A stretch of 27,459 nucleotides of DNA from an uncultured archaeon. Its GTDB lineage: Archaea; Asgardarchaeota; Lokiarchaeia; Sigyniarchaeales; SOKP01. The first letter of the stretch is position 1; each line of letters opens with the position of its first letter. Location: the NCBI GenBank assembly GCA_964525635.1, contig CAZGJX010000046.1:2478-29936 (forward strand), in the 5' to 3' direction. The notes under the pieces are model-generated. The model ran no database searches. It was not told where the DNA came from and was given only the letters and a program-made list of their open reading frames with translations. Made by a program: the position numbers and the translations under genes. This document shows positions 27,458 through 27,459 of this stretch, in pieces.

Positions 27458-27459
27458 TT

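Overview
Very AT-rich prokaryotic DNA, probably archaeal and plausibly Asgard/Lokiarchaeia (inferred only from AGGTG-type SD sites, TATA-like boxes and composition). Most of the window looks like a Tn7-like element. The + strand operon encodes a natural TnsA-TnsB fusion (7662-10787) and a TnsC ATPase with a C-terminal C2H2 zinc finger (10780-12075). There is no recognisable TniQ/TnsD/TnsE; that slot holds two paralogous proteins built from 69-aa tandem repeats with a hypervariable helix (4 and 12 repeats). Divergent from tnsAB is a tightly coupled 5-gene operon: Cap4/Mrr-like endonuclease, wHTH protein, two catalytically dead prokaryotic Argonautes and a Cas4-like Fe-S nuclease. A class III nucleotidyl-cyclase-like gene follows, cut by the window edge. 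Further cargo is a type IIG-like N6-adenine MTase, a PLD-SNF2 helicase and a Swt1-like HEPN protein. At the right, a ~250-bp non-coding unit resembling back-to-back Tn7-like ends occurs twice (about 25281-25535 and 26961-27190), flanking a DUF4261-like gene. Main candidates for novelty are the dual-Argonaute/Cas4 module tied to a TniQ-less Tn7-like transposon, and the repeat-array proteins as possible modular target selectors. No CRISPR array, tRNA or rRNA was seen.
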